From the sequence record PZ379179.1: DNA of 39,736 nucleotides; one strand, written 5' to 3'. This document shows, one piece after another, positions 36,672 through 39,736 of this stretch. The DNA is from a phage. The notes under the pieces were generated by a model. It worked only from the letters and a program-made list of their open reading frames with translations. It did no database searches and was not told where the DNA came from. Position numbers and translations under genes: made by a program. Position 1 is the stretch's first letter; every line of letters begins with the position of its first letter.

Positions 36672-37108
36672 TGCTCAGTGATTCGTATGTCTATGATGAG
36701 TCCAGTAAGTCTGGCCTGAAGTCCCTGCGTTCTGGTAAGGACGTGGGGTGTGTGGGAAACCACGGGTATTATCAGGTAGGAACTCGACGTCATGGACTCC
36801 TACTGGCCCATAGAGTCGTCTGGGAACTAACCCACGGTCCTATACCAGAAGGTATGGAGATTGACCATATTGACCGCTGCCGGACTAACAACAGGCTGGA
36901 CAACCTCCGGCTAGTTACTTCAAGCGAGAACTCCTGCAACACCTCAGGACATTCTGACTCAAAGACTGGAGTTAAGAACATATCGTTCCATCAGAATGGC
37001 TACGCTATCGAGGTCATGCGTAAGGGAGTCCGTATGCGAACAACACGTCCTACTTTAGAGGAGGCTATCTCTGTCCGGGACCTAATGCTGGAGGGACTCT
37101 ATGTCTAA
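36668..37108 (+). CDS. HNH homing-type endonuclease (copy B, paralog of 7708..8118)
   Basis: 146 aa; [13 protein letters not shown]...[41 protein letters not shown], about 60% identical to copy A across the core. Overlaps the gp18.5 stop and the terminase start. Confidence 0.8.
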   Translation: MMLSDSYVYDESSKSGLKSLRSGKDVGCVGNHGYYQVGTRRHGLLLAHRVVWELTHGPIPEGMEIDHIDRCRTNNRLDNLRLVTSSENSCNTSGHSDSKTGVKNISFHQNGYAIEVMRKGVRMRTTRPTLEEAISVRDLMLEGLYV

Positions 37109-38867
37109 GAAAACACCTGCTGAAAGACAGGCTGAAATGACCCAAAGGATGAGGGACGACTTCGTGTTCTTCATCTTCGTTCTCTGGAAAGCTCTTAGCC
37201 TTCCGGTTCCAACCCGCTGCCAGATAGATATGTGTAAGAAGCTGGCTGCTGGGGATAATCGCCGCTTCATCCTTCAGGCTTTCCGTGGTATTGGTAAGTC
37301 GTTTCTGACCTGTGGTTTCGTGGTCTGGAAGCTATGGAACAACCCAGACTTGAAGTTCATGATTGTGTCGGCCTCAAAGGAACGAGCTGATGCTAACTCC
37401 ATCTTCATCAAGCGAATCATCGACCTCATGCCTCAGCTTCAGGAACTCAAACCTAAGCAGGGACAGCGAGATGCGGTTATCAGCTTCGACGTTGGTCCCG
37501 CCAAGCCAGACCACTCACCTTCGGTTAAGTCCGTTGGTATCACTGGTCAGTTGACTGGTAGTCGTGCTGACATCCTGATTGCTGATGACGTGGAGGTTCC
37601 GAACAACTCAGCGACTCAGGCTGCCCGGGACCGTCTGTCAGAGCTTGTGAAAGAGTTCGACGCTATCCTGAAGCCTGGAGGTACAATCATCTATCTGGGT
37701 ACTCCTCAGAACGAGATGACCCTATACCGTGAGCTGGAAGGTCGTGGGTACACCACTACTATCTGGCCCGCTCGTTATCCACGCGACAGGAAGGACTGGC
37801 AGTCTTACGGCGACCGTCTGGCTCCTATGCTTCAGGCAGAGCTGGAAGAGGACCCTGAGTCCTTCTACTGGCGTCCGACTGATGAAGTACGCTTCGATGA
37901 TACGGACCTGAAGGAACGTGAGCTGTCCTACGGTAAAGCTGGCTTCGCTCTACAGTTCATGCTTAACCCTAACCTGAGTGATGCCGAGAAGTACCCTCTG
38001 AAGCTCCGTGACCTTATCGTAGCAGACTTGGACCCAGCGTCTAGCCCAATGGTCTACCAATGGCTTCCTAACCCTCAGAACAAGCGTGAGGACGTTCCTA
38101 ACGTTGGACTCATGGGTGACTCGTACCACACGTATCAGACTGTAGGCTCTGCCTTCAGCGCGTACACTCAGAAGATTCTGGTCATTGACCCTAGTGGTCG
38201 TGGTAAGGATGAGACTGGCTACGCTGTTCTGTACCAGCTCAACGGCTACATCTTCGTGATGGAAGCTGGTGGTATGCGCGGTGGGTATGAGGACTCTACG
38301 CTGGAAGCACTGGCTAAGATTGGTCGTAAGTGGAAGGTCAACGAATACGTCATTGAGGGTAACTTCGGTGATGGTATGTACCTTGAGCTATTCAAGCCTG
38401 TAGCGGCCCGTATACATCCTGCTGCTGTAACTGAAGTGAAGAGTAAGGGTCAGAAAGAACTCCGCATCTGTGACGTTCTGGAGCCTATCATGGGGTCTCA
38501 CCGACTTATCGTCAACGCTGCTGCTATCGTCCAAGACTACCAGTCGGCCTCTGATAAGGATGGTGTTCGTAACCCTATCTACTCTCTCTTCTACCAGATG
38601 ACACGTATCTCTCGTGAACGTGGAGCCTTGGCACACGATGACAGACTTGATGCTCTGGCTATCGGTGTACAGTTCTTCGTTGAGTCTATGGCTAAGGATG
38701 CCAACAAAGGCGAACGTGAAGTCACTGAGGAGTGGCTGGAGGAACAGATGGAGAACCCACGGAAAGGCTTCGAGTCCATCCACACTGAGTTCTGGGACAA
38801 TGGGGTCCGGGTGACTCACGATACGGACGACGAGCTGGGACTAGGGTCCTACGTTACGTTCCACTAG
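37101..38867 (+). CDS. Terminase large subunit / DNA maturation protein B (T7 gene 19 homolog)
   Basis: 588 aa; Walker A-like [10 protein letters not shown], ATPase and nuclease regions; position and size match T7 gp19. GGAGGGA RBS. Confidence 0.95.
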   Translation: MSKKTPAERQAEMTQRMRDDFVFFIFVLWKALSLPVPTRCQIDMCKKLAAGDNRRFILQAFRGIGKSFLTCGFVVWKLWNNPDLKFMIVSASKERADANSIFIKRIIDLMPQLQELKPKQGQRDAVISFDVGPAKPDHSPSVKSVGITGQLTGSRADILIADDVEVPNNSATQAARDRLSELVKEFDAILKPGGTIIYLGTPQNEMTLYRELEGRGYTTTIWPARYPRDRKDWQSYGDRLAPMLQAELEEDPESFYWRPTDEVRFDDTDLKERELSYGKAGFALQFMLNPNLSDAEKYPLKLRDLIVADLDPASSPMVYQWLPNPQNKREDVPNVGLMGDSYHTYQTVGSAFSAYTQKILVIDPSGRGKDETGYAVLYQLNGYIFVMEAGGMRGGYEDSTLEALAKIGRKWKVNEYVIEGNFGDGMYLELFKPVAARIHPAAVTEVKSKGQKELRICDVLEPIMGSHRLIVNAAAIVQDYQSASDKDGVRNPIYSLFYQMTRISRERGALAHDDRLDALAIGVQFFVESMAKDANKGEREVTEEWLEEQMENPRKGFESIHTEFWDNGVRVTHDTDDELGLGSYVTFH

Positions 38868-38961
38868 CTGAATGAATAACTATAGGCGAAAACTGAGTTA
38901 ATAAGCAGTTAGTAACCTATAGTTACTACCAGTCTAACCTACTGTTTTACAAGGAGTTTGG

Positions 38962-38984
38962 ACTTAACTATCACTATAGGGAAG
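38962..38984 (+). promoter_or_regulatory. Phage RNAP promoter near the right end (phiOR-like)
   Basis: CTTAACTATCACTATAGGGAAGA; flanked by degenerate promoter-like palindromes (AACTATAGGCG, AACCTATAGTTACT, TATTACTATAGTGAAT). Confidence 0.7.
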
Positions 38985-39163
38985 ACCCCCGGTTACTTAT
39001 AGTATTACTATAGTGAATATACATATGCAGACTTTATGCAAGACCTTAGGAGGCAGACTCCGAGTTCTTACCTAAGGCTTGCACCGATGGGAGGAGGTGA
39101 TATTAATCATAATACCTCCAATACAGATAGTCACAGACCATAGATACAGGAGGTATGTAGCAT

Positions 39164-39322
39164 ATGGCAAAGACCAAAGCTGTACTTAAAGCTCTGGCGA
39201 CCAATCGAGCTACATACAGGTTTCTTGCTGCTGTTCTACTTGCTGCTGGCGCTACTACTGGAAGTCAGTGGGTCGGGTGGGTCGAGACTCTCGTATGTTC
39301 TCTGGTGTCTGAGTGTCGTTAA
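39164..39322 (+). CDS. gp19.5-like small protein (52 aa)
   Basis: ATG with GGAGG 10 nt upstream; MAKTKAVLKALATNRATYRFLAAVLLAAGATTGSQWVGWVETLVCSLVSECR. Last ORF before the right terminal repeat, as T7 gene 19.5. Below the track size cut-off. Confidence 0.45.
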   Translation: MAKTKAVLKALATNRATYRFLAAVLLAAGATTGSQWVGWVETLVCSLVSECR

Positions 39323-39352
39323 CGCCGTAATGGTAACAATCAACGAAAGCAA

Positions 39353-39397
39353 GACCTAAGGTCAGTTCATAGCTGACGCTACTCTACTGACCTTAGC
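39353..39397. repeat. Inverted repeat / hairpin (10-bp stem) downstream of the last gene
   Basis: CCTAAGGTCAG (39355-39365) pairs with CTGACCTTAG (39387-39396) around a 21-nt loop; no U-tract follows, so it is not a classic terminator. Confidence 0.4.
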
Positions 39398-39439
39398 TAC
39401 TGTAGTCAAGGACTTTAGGTAACACCTTAATAGAAGCTC

Positions 39440-39575
39440 ACTTAGGGTCATCCTACTTATTGGTCTATCCTAGTGTCGCCTGACCTACGGTCCTTGACCT
39501 ACAGTGGCTGTGGCCTACAGTAGTGACGATGAGTTTTGGACCAAAAGTTTGAGACCACATCTCACAGTTCAAGAA
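39440..39575. repeat. Short degenerate direct repeats inside the right end
   Basis: Reiterated CCTACAGT / CCTACGGT / GACCTAC units (e.g. 39481-39535), mirroring the array at the left end. Confidence 0.45.
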
Positions 39576-39736
39576 CCTCAAGTCTCCCCATAGGCCCTCT
39601 TTAAGTCAAGACCAAAGGCCCTACCCATAGACCTTCGGTCTAAACTTCAGGTCATTGACTCAAGGTTGACCAAAAGTCATGACGATAGGTCTAGGCTATG
39701 GCTTAGGGAAGGACGATAGGTAGGGACTATTGGTCT
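39576..39736. repeat. Right direct terminal repeat (161 bp)
   Basis: Identical to bases 1-161. Confidence 0.9.

Overview
The window appears to be a complete linear genome (39,736 bp) of a T7-like lytic podophage (Autographiviridae, T7 supergroup), bounded by identical 161-bp direct terminal repeats. All credible genes are on the + strand in canonical T7 order: early region with an Ocr homolog, single-subunit RNA polymerase, genes 1.1/1.2, ligase, Gp2, SSB, endonuclease I, lysozyme, primase-helicase, DNA polymerase, gp5.5/5.7, exonuclease, portal, scaffold, capsid 10A/10B, tail tubular proteins, internal core proteins gp13-16, tail fibre, holin, small terminase, spanins, large terminase and gp19.5. 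I found 11 phage promoters with a core (AACTATCACTATAGG) that differs from the T7, T3, SP6 and K11 promoters as I recall them, plus a TE-like and a Tphi-like terminator and three RNase III-type processing elements. There is no single obvious new system; the candidates for novelty are accessory genes inserted into the T7 backbone: unknown early genes around an Ocr with a ~50-aa C-terminal extension, a two-gene cassette with atypical codon usage between lysozyme and primase, an ASCH/DUF3850-like gene between tail genes 11 and 12, two paralogous HNH endonucleases, and a chimeric tail fibre with a beta-helix C-terminus. The essential SSB gene is split by a 1-nt frameshift in a C5 run, most likely a sequencing error. 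Homology calls rest on recalled T7 protein sequences, not on a database search. No tRNA, rRNA, CRISPR array, integrase or transposase was recognised.
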